Below, piece by piece: positions 29,779 through 41,163 of a stretch of 64,000 nucleotides of DNA. A program made the position numbers and the translations under genes. Origin of the DNA: Kofleriaceae bacterium (lineage in GTDB: Bacteria; Myxococcota_A; Polyangia; Haliangiales; Haliangiaceae); NCBI GenBank assembly GCA_046597055.1, contig JBKJLC010000103.1, positions 12,468-76,467 of the forward strand, given 5' to 3'. A model generated the notes under the pieces. The model had not been told where the DNA came from and made no database searches. It was given only the letters and a program-made list of their open reading frames with translations. The first letter of the stretch is position 1, and the number at the start of each line of letters is the position of its first letter.

Positions 29779-31554
29779 CTATTCGGGGCGCAGGCCGCGG
29801 TGGTGCCGCTCGGGCGCGGTGGCGCCGGCGAGCTCGGCCCGGATCTCGGCCGGCAGCGGGAACCAGCGCAGCGCCTCGAAGTCGTCGCTCGGCGCCAGGT
29901 CACAGCCGGCCGCGCATCGCATGGGCTCGGCCTCGTCGCCGCGGGCCGCCGCGGCCGCGCGCTCGGCCAGGATGCGGCGCGCGTCGTCGAGGTACGCCGG
30001 CAGCACGCTCTCGGGCTCGGTCGCGTGGCGCGACCGGTACTCCATCACGCCCGACCGGTAGGTGACGTCGGTCAGGTGCAGGCTCGCCTCGGGGCGCCCG
30101 CGCCGGTGGTGCCACAGGCCGGTATCGGGGTGGAACCGGTAGTCGGGCAAGAGCCGCCAGCCGTGCTCGGCGACCAGGTGGATCGCGTCGAGCAGGAACT
30201 GGAACTGGGTCTCCGACAGGAAGTAGTTGAAGTTGACCCGGACCCAGCCCGGCTTGATGCCCTCGCAGCCGCGCACGATCTCGCGCTCGAACTCCTTGCT
30301 GGTGGCGAGATCGATCCCGAGCAGGCGGTGGCCGTAGGGCCCGGCGCACGAGCAGCCGCCGCGGGCCTGGATGCCGAACAGATCGTTCAGCAGCGCGACC
30401 AGGAAGTTGTGGTGCAGGTACTGGCCGCGGTGGTGCACGACGAACGACACGATCGACAGCCGCCAGGCGTCGCGGTTGCCGAGGATGCCGATGTGCGGGC
30501 TCTGCGACCACGACGCGATCGCGCGCTGGATGAAGTCGTGCTCGCGATCGCGGATGGTCTGCCAGCCGACCGCCTCCTTGAGCTGGAACACCAGCCCGGC
30601 CCGGATCGACTCGATGATCGCCGGGGTCCCGCCCTCTTCGCGGTGCTCGGGGTCGGCCAGGTAGCGGTGCTCCTCCGGGTTCACGTAGGCGACGGTGCCG
30701 CCGCCGGGCACGGTCGGCACCGAGTTGCGGAACAGGTGGCGCTTGGCGACCAGCACGCCCGGGGTGCCGGGCCCGCCGATGAACTTGTGCGGCGACAGGA
30801 AGACCGCGTCCTTGTAGACCATGTCGCCGTCGGGCCCGTCGTCGCGCATGTTCATCTCGATCTTCACGTACGGCCCGGCCGCGGCGAAGTCCCAGAACGA
30901 CAGCGCGCCGTGGCGGTGGAGCACCGCGGCCACCGCCCGGGTGTTGGTGCCGATGCCGGTGACGTTCGAGGCGGCCGAGAAGCTGCCGATCTTGAGCGGC
31001 CGCGCCGCGTACCGGACCAGCTCGGCCTCGAGCCGTTCGAGATCGATGCGGCCGTCGGGATCCTCGCCGATGGTCACCACGTCGGCGATCGACTCGCGCC
31101 ACGGCAGCTCGTTGGAGTGGTGCTCGTACGGGCCGATGAACACCACCGGCCGCTGATCGGCGGGGATGTGCGCGGACAGGCCGTGACGGGCGTCGAGGTC
31201 GGCCGGCAGCCGGAGCTGCATCACGTCGACCAGCTTGTTGATGGCGCCGGTCGCGCCCGAGCCGCAGAAGATGACGACGTCGTCGGGACCGCCGCCGACC
31301 GCCTGCTTGATGACCTGGCGGGCCTCCTCGCGGAAGCAGGTGGTCTGCCGGCCGGTGCCCGAGGTTTCGGTGTGGGTGTTGGCGTAGAGCGGCATCACCT
31401 GCGCGCGGATGAAGTCCTCGATGAAGGTGAGCGACCGCCCCGACGCCGTGTAGTCGGCGTAGGTGACGCGGCGGGAGCCATACGGGCCATCGATCGCTTG
31501 ATCGTCCCCGATGATGGCGCTGCGGATGGTCTCGATCAGGCGCGCGCTGGTCAC
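29779..31554 (-). CDS. Class V PLP-dependent aminotransferase / cysteine desulfurase-like enzyme
   Basis: YADYTASG, YANTH, EHHSN, AASNVTG, SPHKF, EGGTP, RGGCSCAG. Confidence 0.9.
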   Translation of the reverse strand: MTSARLIETIRSAIIGDDQAIDGPYGSRRVTYADYTASGRSLTFIEDFIRAQVMPLYANTHTETSGTGRQTTCFREEARQVIKQAVGGGPDDVVIFCGSGATGAINKLVDVMQLRLPADLDARHGLSAHIPADQRPVVFIGPYEHHSNELPWRESIADVVTIGEDPDGRIDLERLEAELVRYAARPLKIGSFSAASNVTGIGTNTRAVAAVLHRHGALSFWDFAAAGPYVKIEMNMRDDGPDGDMVYKDAVFLSPHKFIGGPGTPGVLVAKRHLFRNSVPTVPGGGTVAYVNPEEHRYLADPEHREEGGTPAIIESIRAGLVFQLKEAVGWQTIRDREHDFIQRAIASWSQSPHIGILGNRDAWRLSIVSFVVHHRGQYLHHNFLVALLNDLFGIQARGGCSCAGPYGHRLLGIDLATSKEFEREIVRGCEGIKPGWVRVNFNYFLSETQFQFLLDAIHLVAEHGWRLLPDYRFHPDTGLWHHRRGRPEASLHLTDVTYRSGVMEYRSRHATEPESVLPAYLDDARRILAERAAAAARGDEAEPMRCAAGCDLAPSDDFEALRWFPLPAEIRAELAGATAPERHHRGLRPE

Positions 31555-31608
31555 CCCCCGGTTCTACCGCGCCTCGGCGGCGATCACCCTGCGCTATGGT
31601 CCGCGTCC

Positions 31609-32472
31609 ATGCGCACCGCGTTTCTTGGCACCGGCCTGCTCGGCTCCGGCTTCGTCCGCCACCTGCTGGCCACCACCGGGTCGGTCACGGTCTGGAACCG
31701 CACTCCCGGCAAGACCACCGCCCTGGCCGGGGCCGGGGCCGTGGTCGCCGCCAGTCCGGCCGCGGCGGTCGCCGACGCCGAGCTGATCCACCTGTGCCTG
31801 CGCGACGACCCGGCGGTCGACGAGGTCCTCGCCGCCGCGCTGCCCGGCGCGTCGCCAGCCGCGATCGTCGTCGATCACACCACCACCTCGGCCGCCGGCG
31901 CGGTGGCCCGGGGCGCGCGCCTGGCCGCGGCCGGGCGCGGCTTCCTGCACGCGCCGGTGTTCATGTCGCCGGCCGCCGCCCGCGACGGCAAGGGCATCAT
32001 GCTGTGCGCCGGCCCGAGCGCGGTCTTCGCCGCCGTCCAGGCCACGCTCGCCACCATGACCGGCGACGTCTGGTACGTCGGCGACGATCTGCGCCGCGCG
32101 GCCGGGCTCAAGCTGCTCGGCAACGCGATGCTGATCACGATCGCGGCCGGCCTGGCCGACACCTTCACGCTGGGCCGCGCCCTCGAGATCAGCGCCGACG
32201 ACACCCATGCCCTGCTCGCCCGCCTCAAGCCAGGCGGCTCGATCGACGTCCGCGGCAAGCGCATGGCCGGCGCCGATTTCGCCGCCAGCTTCGAGCTCGG
32301 CATGGCCCGCAAGGATCTCGGGCTCATGCTCGCGGCCGTCGGCGACGCGCCCCTGGCCGTGCTGGCTGCGATCGCGGCCCGGGCCGACCAGCTGATCGCG
32401 GCCGGCCATGCCGCCGACGACCTCGGGGTGCTCGCGATCGACGCGGTGGCCCCGGCCGGACGCCCGGCCTGA
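31609..32472 (+). CDS. NAD(P)-dependent oxidoreductase (3-hydroxyisobutyrate dehydrogenase family)
   Basis: FLGTGLLG, VWNRT, LHAPV, LKLLGN, KDLGL. Confidence 0.9.
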   Translation: MRTAFLGTGLLGSGFVRHLLATTGSVTVWNRTPGKTTALAGAGAVVAASPAAAVADAELIHLCLRDDPAVDEVLAAALPGASPAAIVVDHTTTSAAGAVARGARLAAAGRGFLHAPVFMSPAAARDGKGIMLCAGPSAVFAAVQATLATMTGDVWYVGDDLRRAAGLKLLGNAMLITIAAGLADTFTLGRALEISADDTHALLARLKPGGSIDVRGKRMAGADFAASFELGMARKDLGLMLAAVGDAPLAVLAAIAARADQLIAAGHAADDLGVLAIDAVAPAGRPA

Positions 32473-32476
32473 CCCC

Positions 32477-32536
32477 ATCCGTCATCACGGATAAATTTCC
32501 TTCATCCTTGACACCCCATCCTCTGTAGTAGAGGAT
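32477..32536 (+). promoter_or_regulatory. cysDN promoter with palindromic operator candidates
   Basis: Perfect -35 TTGACA at 32508; inverted repeats ATCCGT-N4-ACGGAT (32477) and ATCCTCT-N5-AGAGGAT (32518). Confidence 0.6.
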
Positions 32537-32544
32537 TGTCCGTC

Positions 32545-33546
32545 ATGGCAGACGTCGCCTCTGCTGTTCTCTCGCCCGACCCAGGTCTCGCGCCCGCTGC
32601 TGGGGTCGGTGCCGCGTCGGCCCAGGCCCCGCGCGCCCTCGACGGCCGCCGCCTGACCCACCTGCGCCAGCTGGAGGCCGAGAGCATCCACGTCCTGCGC
32701 GAGGTCGCCGCCGAGTTCGACCGGCCGGTGATGCTGTACTCGATCGGCAAGGACAGCTCGGTGATGGTGCGGCTGGCCCAGAAGGCGTTCGCGCCCGGCC
32801 CGCTGCCGTTCCCGCTGCTCCACATCGACACCACCTGGAAGTTCCAGGCGATGTACGCGTTCCGCGACCAGTTCTGTCGCGACCAGAAGCTCGATCTGCG
32901 GGTCCACCGCAACCTGCGCGGGCTGGCCGACGGCATCAACCCGTTCGATCACGGCAGCAACAAGTACACGCAGATCATGAAGACGCACGCGCTGCTCGAG
33001 GCGCTGCGCGAGGGCGGCTACGACGCCGCGTTCGGCGGCGCCCGGCGCGACGAGGAGCGCTCGCGCGCCAAGGAGCGCATCTACTCGTTCCGCGATCGCC
33101 ACGGCCAGTGGGATCCCAAGAACCAGCGCCCCGAGCTGTGGAACCTCTACAACGGCAAGGTCAAGAAGGGCGAGACCATCCGCGCCTTCCCCCTGTCGAA
33201 CTGGACCGAGCTCGACGTCTGGCAGTACATCTGGCTCGAGAACATCCCGATCGTGCCGCTGTACCTGGCGGCGCCGCGGCCGGTGGTCGAGCGCGACGGC
33301 ACCTTGATCATGGTCGATGACGACCGCCTGCGGCTCGCCCCTGGCGAGACGCCGAAGCTCGAGACCGTGCGGTTCCGCACCCTCGGCTGCTACCCCCTGT
33401 CGGGCGCCGTGCGCTCGACCGCGACCACCCTGCCCGAGATCATCCGGGAGATGCTGCTCGCGACCCACAGCGAGCGCCAGGGCCGGCTCATCGACCACGA
33501 CGAAGAAGGGTCGATGGAGCTGAAGAAGCGCGAGGGTTACTTCTAG
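32545..33546 (+). CDS. cysD: Sulfate adenylyltransferase subunit 2
   Basis: [43 protein letters not shown]. Confidence 0.97.
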   Translation: MADVASAVLSPDPGLAPAAGVGAASAQAPRALDGRRLTHLRQLEAESIHVLREVAAEFDRPVMLYSIGKDSSVMVRLAQKAFAPGPLPFPLLHIDTTWKFQAMYAFRDQFCRDQKLDLRVHRNLRGLADGINPFDHGSNKYTQIMKTHALLEALREGGYDAAFGGARRDEERSRAKERIYSFRDRHGQWDPKNQRPELWNLYNGKVKKGETIRAFPLSNWTELDVWQYIWLENIPIVPLYLAAPRPVVERDGTLIMVDDDRLRLAPGETPKLETVRFRTLGCYPLSGAVRSTATTLPEIIREMLLATHSERQGRLIDHDEEGSMELKKREGYF

Positions 33547-33569
33547 CCCCTAGCGACAGGCGATCCCCG

Positions 33570-35213
33570 ATGTTCGATCTCGATTCCGCCCTGATCCGCA
33601 CTGACGTCGTCGCCTACCTCCGGCAGCACGAGCAGAAGGATCTGCTTCGCCTGGTGGTCATCGGCTCGGTCGACGACGGCAAGTCCACGCTGATCGGCCG
33701 GCTACTCCACGACAGCCACGGCATCTACGAGGACCAGCTGGAGGCGGTGCGCCGGGCCTCGGCCAAGGGCGCCACCCGCGGCGCCGACTCGGCGGGCGTG
33801 CTCGATCTGTCGCTCCTGACCGACGGCCTGCGCGCCGAGCGCGAGCAGGGCATCACGATCGACGTCGCCTACCGCTACTTCTCGACCACCCGGCGCAAGT
33901 TCATCATCGCCGACACTCCCGGGCACGTGCAGTACACGCGCAACATGGCGACCGGGGCCTCGACCGCCGACGTCGCCGTGATCCTGATCGACGCGCGCCA
34001 CGGCGTGCTGGCCCAGACCCGCCGCCACGCCTACATCGCCGCCCTGCTCGGCATCCCGCACCTGGTCGCGTGCGTGAACAAGATGGACCTGGTCGGCTGG
34101 GACCCGGCGGTGTTCACCCGGATCGCCGGCGAGCTGGCCACGTTCGGCACCCGGCTCGGGATCCCCGACGTGCGCTGCCTGCCGGTGTCGGCGCTGCGCG
34201 GCGACCAGATCGTGCACCGCGGCGACGGTGCGCCCTGGTACCAGGGGCCGACCCTGCTCGAGCACCTCGAGCAGGTCCCGATCGGCGGCGACCGCAACCT
34301 CGGCGACATGCGGTTTCCGGTCCAGTACGTGATCCGGCCCGACCTCGACTACCGGGGGTTCGCCGGCCAGCTCGCCGCCGGCGTGGTCGCGGTCGGCGAC
34401 GAGGTGGTCGCGCTGCCGTCCGGGCGGCGCAGCCGGGTCATTGCGATCGACACCTACGACGGTCCGCTGACCGAGGCGTTCGCGCCGATGAGCGTGACCG
34501 TCCGGCTGGCGGACGAGATCGATCTCAGCCGCGGCGACATGCTGATCCACGCCGACGGCGCGCACCCGCCCGCGGTCGCCCGCGAGATCGACGCCACCCT
34601 GGTGTGGATGGCCGAGACGCCGATGGATCCGGCCCGGACCTACCTGCTCAAGCACACGACCCGGATGGTCCGCTGCGACATCGCGAGCGTCGGCGGCGTG
34701 ATCTCGCCGGAGACGCTGGCGCCCCAGCCGGCGCCGCGGCTGGCGCTCAACGAGATCGGGCGGGTGACCCTGCGCTGCCACACCCCGCTGTTCGTCGATC
34801 CCTACCCGGTCAACCGGGCGACCGGCGCGTTCATCCTGATCGACGGCCTGACCCACGACACGGTCGCGGCCGGCATGATCGCCCGCGCGATCACCGACGA
34901 TGCCGCGCGGGCCCGCTCGCTGGTCAGCCCCGACGAGCGCGCCGCCCGCAGCGGCCACGTCGGCGCCGTGATCACGGTCGGCGGCGACGATCTCGACGAC
35001 GCCCGCACCCGCGCGTACCTGGTCGAGCGCGCGCTGTTCGATGGCGGCTGGCACGCGGTGGTGGTCCCCGCGATCGCCGCCGGTGCCCTGGCCGAGGCGG
35101 CCTTGATCGCCGTGGTCGCCGATCCGTCGGCGCCGGAGCTGCTCGCGATCGCGCCCGATGTCGACCCGCGCCTGCGCGACGTCGCGGTCACCGCGCTGTC
35201 CCCGACCTACTGA
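33570..35213 (+). CDS. cysN: Sulfate adenylyltransferase subunit 1 with degenerate CysC-like tail
   Basis: GSVDDGKST, REQGITIDVAYRYF, DTPGH, NKMD, TGAFILID..TVAAGMI. Confidence 0.95.
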   Translation: MFDLDSALIRTDVVAYLRQHEQKDLLRLVVIGSVDDGKSTLIGRLLHDSHGIYEDQLEAVRRASAKGATRGADSAGVLDLSLLTDGLRAEREQGITIDVAYRYFSTTRRKFIIADTPGHVQYTRNMATGASTADVAVILIDARHGVLAQTRRHAYIAALLGIPHLVACVNKMDLVGWDPAVFTRIAGELATFGTRLGIPDVRCLPVSALRGDQIVHRGDGAPWYQGPTLLEHLEQVPIGGDRNLGDMRFPVQYVIRPDLDYRGFAGQLAAGVVAVGDEVVALPSGRRSRVIAIDTYDGPLTEAFAPMSVTVRLADEIDLSRGDMLIHADGAHPPAVAREIDATLVWMAETPMDPARTYLLKHTTRMVRCDIASVGGVISPETLAPQPAPRLALNEIGRVTLRCHTPLFVDPYPVNRATGAFILIDGLTHDTVAAGMIARAITDDAARARSLVSPDERAARSGHVGAVITVGGDDLDDARTRAYLVERALFDGGWHAVVVPAIAAGALAEAALIAVVADPSAPELLAIAPDVDPRLRDVAVTALSPTY

Positions 35214-35327
35214 TCGCCGCGGCTGGCGCCGCCACCGCGGCCACAGCCCGAGTCACCCGACGAGGGTGACCCCCATGCTCGTCGAGTCCGGCTTGCATGC
35301 GGGCATGATCCCCTCGAAGCTCGGGCG

Positions 35328-36437
35328 GTGGAAGCAGCTGGCGAGATCCGGGCGCGGGTCCTGGTGGTGGACGACGAGCCACGGAACCGGGCGCTGCTGG
35401 TTGGCGTGCTCGGGCCGGACCACGACGTGATCGAGGCGGCGTCGGGCGAGGACGCGCTGGACCTCCTCGGCCGCGAGCCGATCGACCTGGTCCTGCTCGA
35501 CGTGATGATGCCGGGGATGAACGGCTTCGACACCTGCCGCGAGATCAAGCGGCGCCACGCCGAGCCGTACCTGCCGGTCCTGCTGCTGACCGCGCTGTCC
35601 GATCAGGACAGCCGGGTGCTCGGCTTCGAGGCGGGCGCCGACGACTTCCTGCCCAAGCCGTTCGATCGCCGCGAGCTGTTGCTGCGGACCCGCGCGTTCC
35701 TGCGCCTGCGCGATCAAGACGGTCGCATCCGCCGCCAGCTCGGCGAGATGCGCGAGCTCGATCGGCTCAAGGACGATCTGGCCGCGCTGGTGGTCCACGA
35801 TCTGCGTAATCCGCTGGCCGGGCTCGACGGCCTGCTGTGGGTGCTCAAGAACGACGCGATCGAGGGCGACCAGCGCGATCTGCTCGAGGGCGCGATGACC
35901 GCGTCGCGCCACCTGCGTCACGCGATCGAGGACATGCTCAAGGTCCGCCTGATCGAGCAGCAGGCGCTCGAGCTCGATCGCCAGCCGACGTCGATGCACG
36001 CGGTCGCCGCGCTGGCGGTCGGCATGCTCGACGGCGATGCCCGCGCGCGCGGCCTGGCCATCGAGCTCACCGGCGACGACGTGGTCGCCGCGGTCGACGC
36101 CGGGCTGGTCCGCCGTGCGGTCGAGAACCTGCTCGCCAACGCGCTCCGCTTCACCCGGCCGCGCACGACGGTGTCGGTGGTGGTCGACAGCGACGGCGAG
36201 GCGGTCGAGATCGCGGTCGGCGATCGCGGCCCCGGCATCCCCGACGCGCAGAAACGCGACGTCTTCGCCAAGTACGCGTCGGCCGAGGGCGCGACCGGCC
36301 ACGTCCGTCGCGGCAACGGCCTGGGCCTGTACCTGGTCGAGCTGACCGCGCTGGCCCACGGCGGCTTCGCGTCGGTCGAGGATCGGCCGGGTGGCGGCGC
36401 GCTGTTTCGCATCCGGCTGCCGCGCATCCGGGCCTGA
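35328..36437 (+). CDS. Receiver-histidine kinase hybrid
   Basis: VLVVDD, LLDVMMPG, KPF; VHDLRNPL, NLLANALRF, GLGLY. Confidence 0.9.
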   Translation: MEAAGEIRARVLVVDDEPRNRALLVGVLGPDHDVIEAASGEDALDLLGREPIDLVLLDVMMPGMNGFDTCREIKRRHAEPYLPVLLLTALSDQDSRVLGFEAGADDFLPKPFDRRELLLRTRAFLRLRDQDGRIRRQLGEMRELDRLKDDLAALVVHDLRNPLAGLDGLLWVLKNDAIEGDQRDLLEGAMTASRHLRHAIEDMLKVRLIEQQALELDRQPTSMHAVAALAVGMLDGDARARGLAIELTGDDVVAAVDAGLVRRAVENLLANALRFTRPRTTVSVVVDSDGEAVEIAVGDRGPGIPDAQKRDVFAKYASAEGATGHVRRGNGLGLYLVELTALAHGGFASVEDRPGGGALFRIRLPRIRA

Positions 36438-36500
36438 CCGGGCGACTCACAACCCGCCGTCGCGGCCTCACGAGGTGTCGAGCAAAGCCTTTACACCTCT

Positions 36501-36740
36501 TCAGTCGGTCGGCTCGGGAAACGGCGAGCCCGGCGACGGCCCTTGCTCGTCGTCAGCCTCGGCGCGGTGGACGACGTCGGGCTGGTAGCCGTCCTTCGAC
36601 GTCGGGCGCCGCTCCGCCTCGACCGCTTCGGCCTCGTCGAGCGGCCGCGGCTGACGTGCCTCGAGCTCGCCGTCGTTGCGGTCCGAGTCCTTGGCGCGGT
36701 CGTCGCCATGCTGCTGGCTGGATTGTCTGGGATCGGGCAT
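36501..36740 (-). CDS. Small acidic hydrophilic protein (79 aa)
   Basis: ATG 36740 after AGAGG; MPDPRQSSQQHGDDRAKDSDRND..PFPEPTD; follows ligD on the same strand. Confidence 0.5.
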   Translation of the reverse strand: MPDPRQSSQQHGDDRAKDSDRNDGELEARQPRPLDEAEAVEAERRPTSKDGYQPDVVHRAEADDEQGPSPGSPFPEPTD

Positions 36741-36802
36741 CGGGGCCTCTGCGCGGGTTGCTGGGTGAGGGTCGGACGCACGCGGCGCGGCCGCAGCTCG
36801 GG

Positions 36803-38464
36803 TCAAGCGGGACGGCCGCCGAGCTTCCGCCAAGCCGCGGCGGTGATCGCCTGGCGCGCGGCGCCGATGTCGGCCCACGGATCGCCGCCGCGGGCGTCGA
36901 GGCGCGCCGGCACCGTCGTCACCGTCAGCGCGGCCGGGACCACGGCGGGCAACTCGGCCCAATCGATCGGCGTCGCCACCGGCGCGCCCGACCGGCGCCG
37001 CGGCGAGTAGGGCGTGATGAACGTGGCGCCGCGCGCGTTGCGCAGATAGTCGACGAAGATCCGGCCAGCCCGGCGGGCCTTGAGCGGGTTGGCGGTGAAC
37101 CGATCGGGCGCATCGGCGGTCATGCGGTCCGCGATCGCCTTGGCAAACGCCTTGTGCTCGTCCCAGCCGGTGCGGCGCGCGAGCGGCGCGACCACGTGCA
37201 CGCCCTTGCCCCCGGTGGTGGTGACGAAGGTCTCGAGCCCGAGCTCCTGGAGCCGCGCGCGCAGCTCGAGCGCGGCCTCGACCACGCGGGCCCACGGCAG
37301 AGCGGGATCCGGATCGAGGTCCATCACGAGGCGGTCGGGTCGCTCGAGCTTGTCGGCGCGACAGCCCCACGCATGGATCTCGAGCGAGCCCAGCTGCGCG
37401 AGCGCGACCAGGCCGGCCAGATCGTCGACGCGCATGTACGGGCCGACGCCGTCGTCCTCGGGAATCTCGATCTGACCGACCGAAGCCGGCACGCCCTTGC
37501 CTGCGTGCTTCTGGTACCAGCACTCCTTGCCGACGCCGTTGGGACAGCGCACCAGCGTGAGCGGCCGGCCGGCGACGTGGGCCAGCAGCTTGTCGGCGAC
37601 CACCGCGAGGTACGCGACCAGCGCGGCCTTGGTGAGGCCCTGGTCGGGGTAGAGGACCTTGTCGAGGTTGGTGAGCGGAAACGGCAGCGGCAGGCCGCGC
37701 ACCAACGCCGTGAGCTGATCGGAGGACGCGGACTTCGCCGACTCTGCCGCCGCCGATGGGCTCGATGCCGCCAGCGGCGCCTTCGCGGTCGCCGCTGCGC
37801 GCGCCCGCGGCTTCGCGGTGCGCTTGGCCGGCGTGCGGGCGGCCCGGTTCGAATGCCACACCCGATCGGCCGTCTGCGCGACCTCCTCGACGGTGCGGCC
37901 GGTGATCACGCTCTCGGGCCGCGCCGCGATGATGTCGGTGTCGTGACTGGCCGCCTCGTCACGTCCCTTGAACAGCAGCCAGTGCTCGGCCTTGCCCTCG
38001 GCCCGAGTGCGCACGAGGTGCCAGCGCCCGCGCAGCTTTTCGCCGGCGAGCGCGAACGTCAGCCGTCCGCGGCGCAGGCCGTCGCGCGGGTCGCCATCTG
38101 CGGTCCAGCTGCCGCGATCCCACACGACGACGGCGCCGCCCCCATACTCGCCGGCCGGAATCACGCCCTCGAAGTCCGCGTAATCGATCGGATGGTCCTC
38201 GGTGCGCACCGCGAGCCGTCGGTCGCCCGGCGCCAGGCTCGGCCCTCGCGGCACTGACCAGCTGAGCAACACGCCATCGAGCTCGAGCCGAAAGTCGTAG
38301 TGGAGCGAGCGGGCCGCGTGTTTCTGCACGACGAAGCCCGGGAGACCGTCAGTCCGCGGCTGCGGCGCTCCGCTCGGCTCCGACGTGCGCGAGAAGTCGC
38401 GCATCGCCTGGTACTGAGTCAGTGAGCGCGCGACCGGCGGGCGCTGGCGTGAGGTCGCAGGCAT
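36803..38464 (-). CDS. ligD: LigD 3'-phosphoesterase + primase/polymerase domains, no ligase domain
   Basis: YQAMRDFSRTSEP, FVVQKHAARSLHYDFRLE, EDHPIDY; LTNLDKVLYP, RCPNG, DLDPD, TGGKGVH, IFVDYLRN. Confidence 0.9.
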   Translation of the reverse strand: MPATSRQRPPVARSLTQYQAMRDFSRTSEPSGAPQPRTDGLPGFVVQKHAARSLHYDFRLELDGVLLSWSVPRGPSLAPGDRRLAVRTEDHPIDYADFEGVIPAGEYGGGAVVVWDRGSWTADGDPRDGLRRGRLTFALAGEKLRGRWHLVRTRAEGKAEHWLLFKGRDEAASHDTDIIAARPESVITGRTVEEVAQTADRVWHSNRAARTPAKRTAKPRARAAATAKAPLAASSPSAAAESAKSASSDQLTALVRGLPLPFPLTNLDKVLYPDQGLTKAALVAYLAVVADKLLAHVAGRPLTLVRCPNGVGKECWYQKHAGKGVPASVGQIEIPEDDGVGPYMRVDDLAGLVALAQLGSLEIHAWGCRADKLERPDRLVMDLDPDPALPWARVVEAALELRARLQELGLETFVTTTGGKGVHVVAPLARRTGWDEHKAFAKAIADRMTADAPDRFTANPLKARRAGRIFVDYLRNARGATFITPYSPRRRSGAPVATPIDWAELPAVVPAALTVTTVPARLDARGGDPWADIGAARQAITAAAWRKLGGRPA

Positions 38465-38476
38465 GTCCGGGACTCT

Positions 38477-38492
38477 TGCAGTCGCGATGCCA
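38477..38492 (-). promoter_or_regulatory. Putative sigma54 -24/-12 promoter of ligD
   Basis: TGGCATCGCGACTGCA, close to TGGCAC-N5-TTGCA, 12 nt before ATG. Confidence 0.65.
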
Positions 38493-38767
38493 GCGACCGC
38501 GCGCTGGTGGCGCACGTGCGGCCGCGCACGGTGTGCGTACCCGGGCGAACCCGGCGCCGAATAGCGTCACGCCGGTGAACGCGCCAGAGGAGCGCGGCGC
38601 CGAGCCGGCGGTCAGGCTCGCGCAACCACAGCGCAAAATGCCGTCGTGGCCGCACGACAACTGAGATGTTCCGCCCGTGCCAGGTCGGCGTCCACCGTAT
38701 GCACGGCGCGGCCCGCGATCATCGGGCGGAGCGCTCCCGAGCTCGCAGATACCCGCCGGACGCGCGG

Positions 38768-40141
<1,374 letters not shown>

Positions 40142-40357
40142 GGTCGCCTCCGCGGTATTCTCAGGCAAGTCGCATGCCGACCGCGCCCCGCCGTGCCCGC
40201 CCCGAACGCGCGGCCGCCTGCACGGTGTGGCGGGCCCGCGCACCGCAGCTCCGGTCGCTTCGCGCGGACCCGACGCGCACGCAGCCGCGCCCCGCGCCCG
40301 ATCGTCCGGGCCATGCGGGGGCATTGCGCGCTTCGAGAGGCCGGCGAGCGGGGCAGG

Positions 40358-40822
40358 TCAGTCGTCGCGCTCGAGCTCTTCGACCAGGATCGCGAGCAGC
40401 CGCGTCGTCTGGGCCACGACCTCGTCGCCGGCGCGCGCCATCGACCGCTTCACCGCTGCCTCCACCGTGCCGCGCCGCAAGCCGTCGATCTTGCGACCGA
40501 ACGCGGTGAGCTTGAAGCGCGCGCGGCGGCGATCCTCGGCGTCGACCTCGCGCACGAGCGCGCCGCGATCCTCGAGCCGCGCGAGAATGCCAGTCAGCGT
40601 ACTGGGGTGGATCCCGAGCGTCGCGGCGATCTCACTGGCGACCTTGCTCGGCGACTGGCCGACGATGCGCAGCACCAGTCGCTGGGGGCCGGTCACGCCG
40701 ATCGTGCGCTCCATCCGCTTCGAGCGCACGTCGAGCGCGTGGACGACCTCCCACATGCGCTGCATGAACTGCAACGTCTCGCCGATCGGCTTGGGACGCT
40801 TGGCGGTCGAACGAGGTGACAT
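40358..40822 (-). CDS. MarR family transcriptional regulator
   Basis: GVTGPQRLVL..IAATLGIHPSTLTGILARLEDRG..DRRR..LTAFG. Confidence 0.9.
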   Translation of the reverse strand: MSPRSTAKRPKPIGETLQFMQRMWEVVHALDVRSKRMERTIGVTGPQRLVLRIVGQSPSKVASEIAATLGIHPSTLTGILARLEDRGALVREVDAEDRRRARFKLTAFGRKIDGLRRGTVEAAVKRSMARAGDEVVAQTTRLLAILVEELERDD

Positions 40823-41163
40823 GCGGCGGCGCACTATACCGCCTACGTGTGCGCCGTCTCGCCGGCGGTCACCCGCCGGCATGACGAACAACCAAAGACA
40901 CCTGGCCCGGCCCCCTGGACAAACCGATGCTGACCTCTGCTGCGACCACGCCCGGGCTCACGTAGCGTCCGCCGCCGTGAGCAGGTGGTGATGTTGCGGG
41001 ACGTCCCGCTCGCGACCCGCGCCGATCTGCTGGTCGCTTGCCGGGCCCAGCCCGGGCTGAGCCACGCCCAGGTCCACGAGCCCGGCGGCGACGTCGCCAT
41101 CATGGTCACGTGCGCGGTCTCGCGCCGATGGCCGCAGGGGCCGCAGGGAGGTACCGTGCCGCC

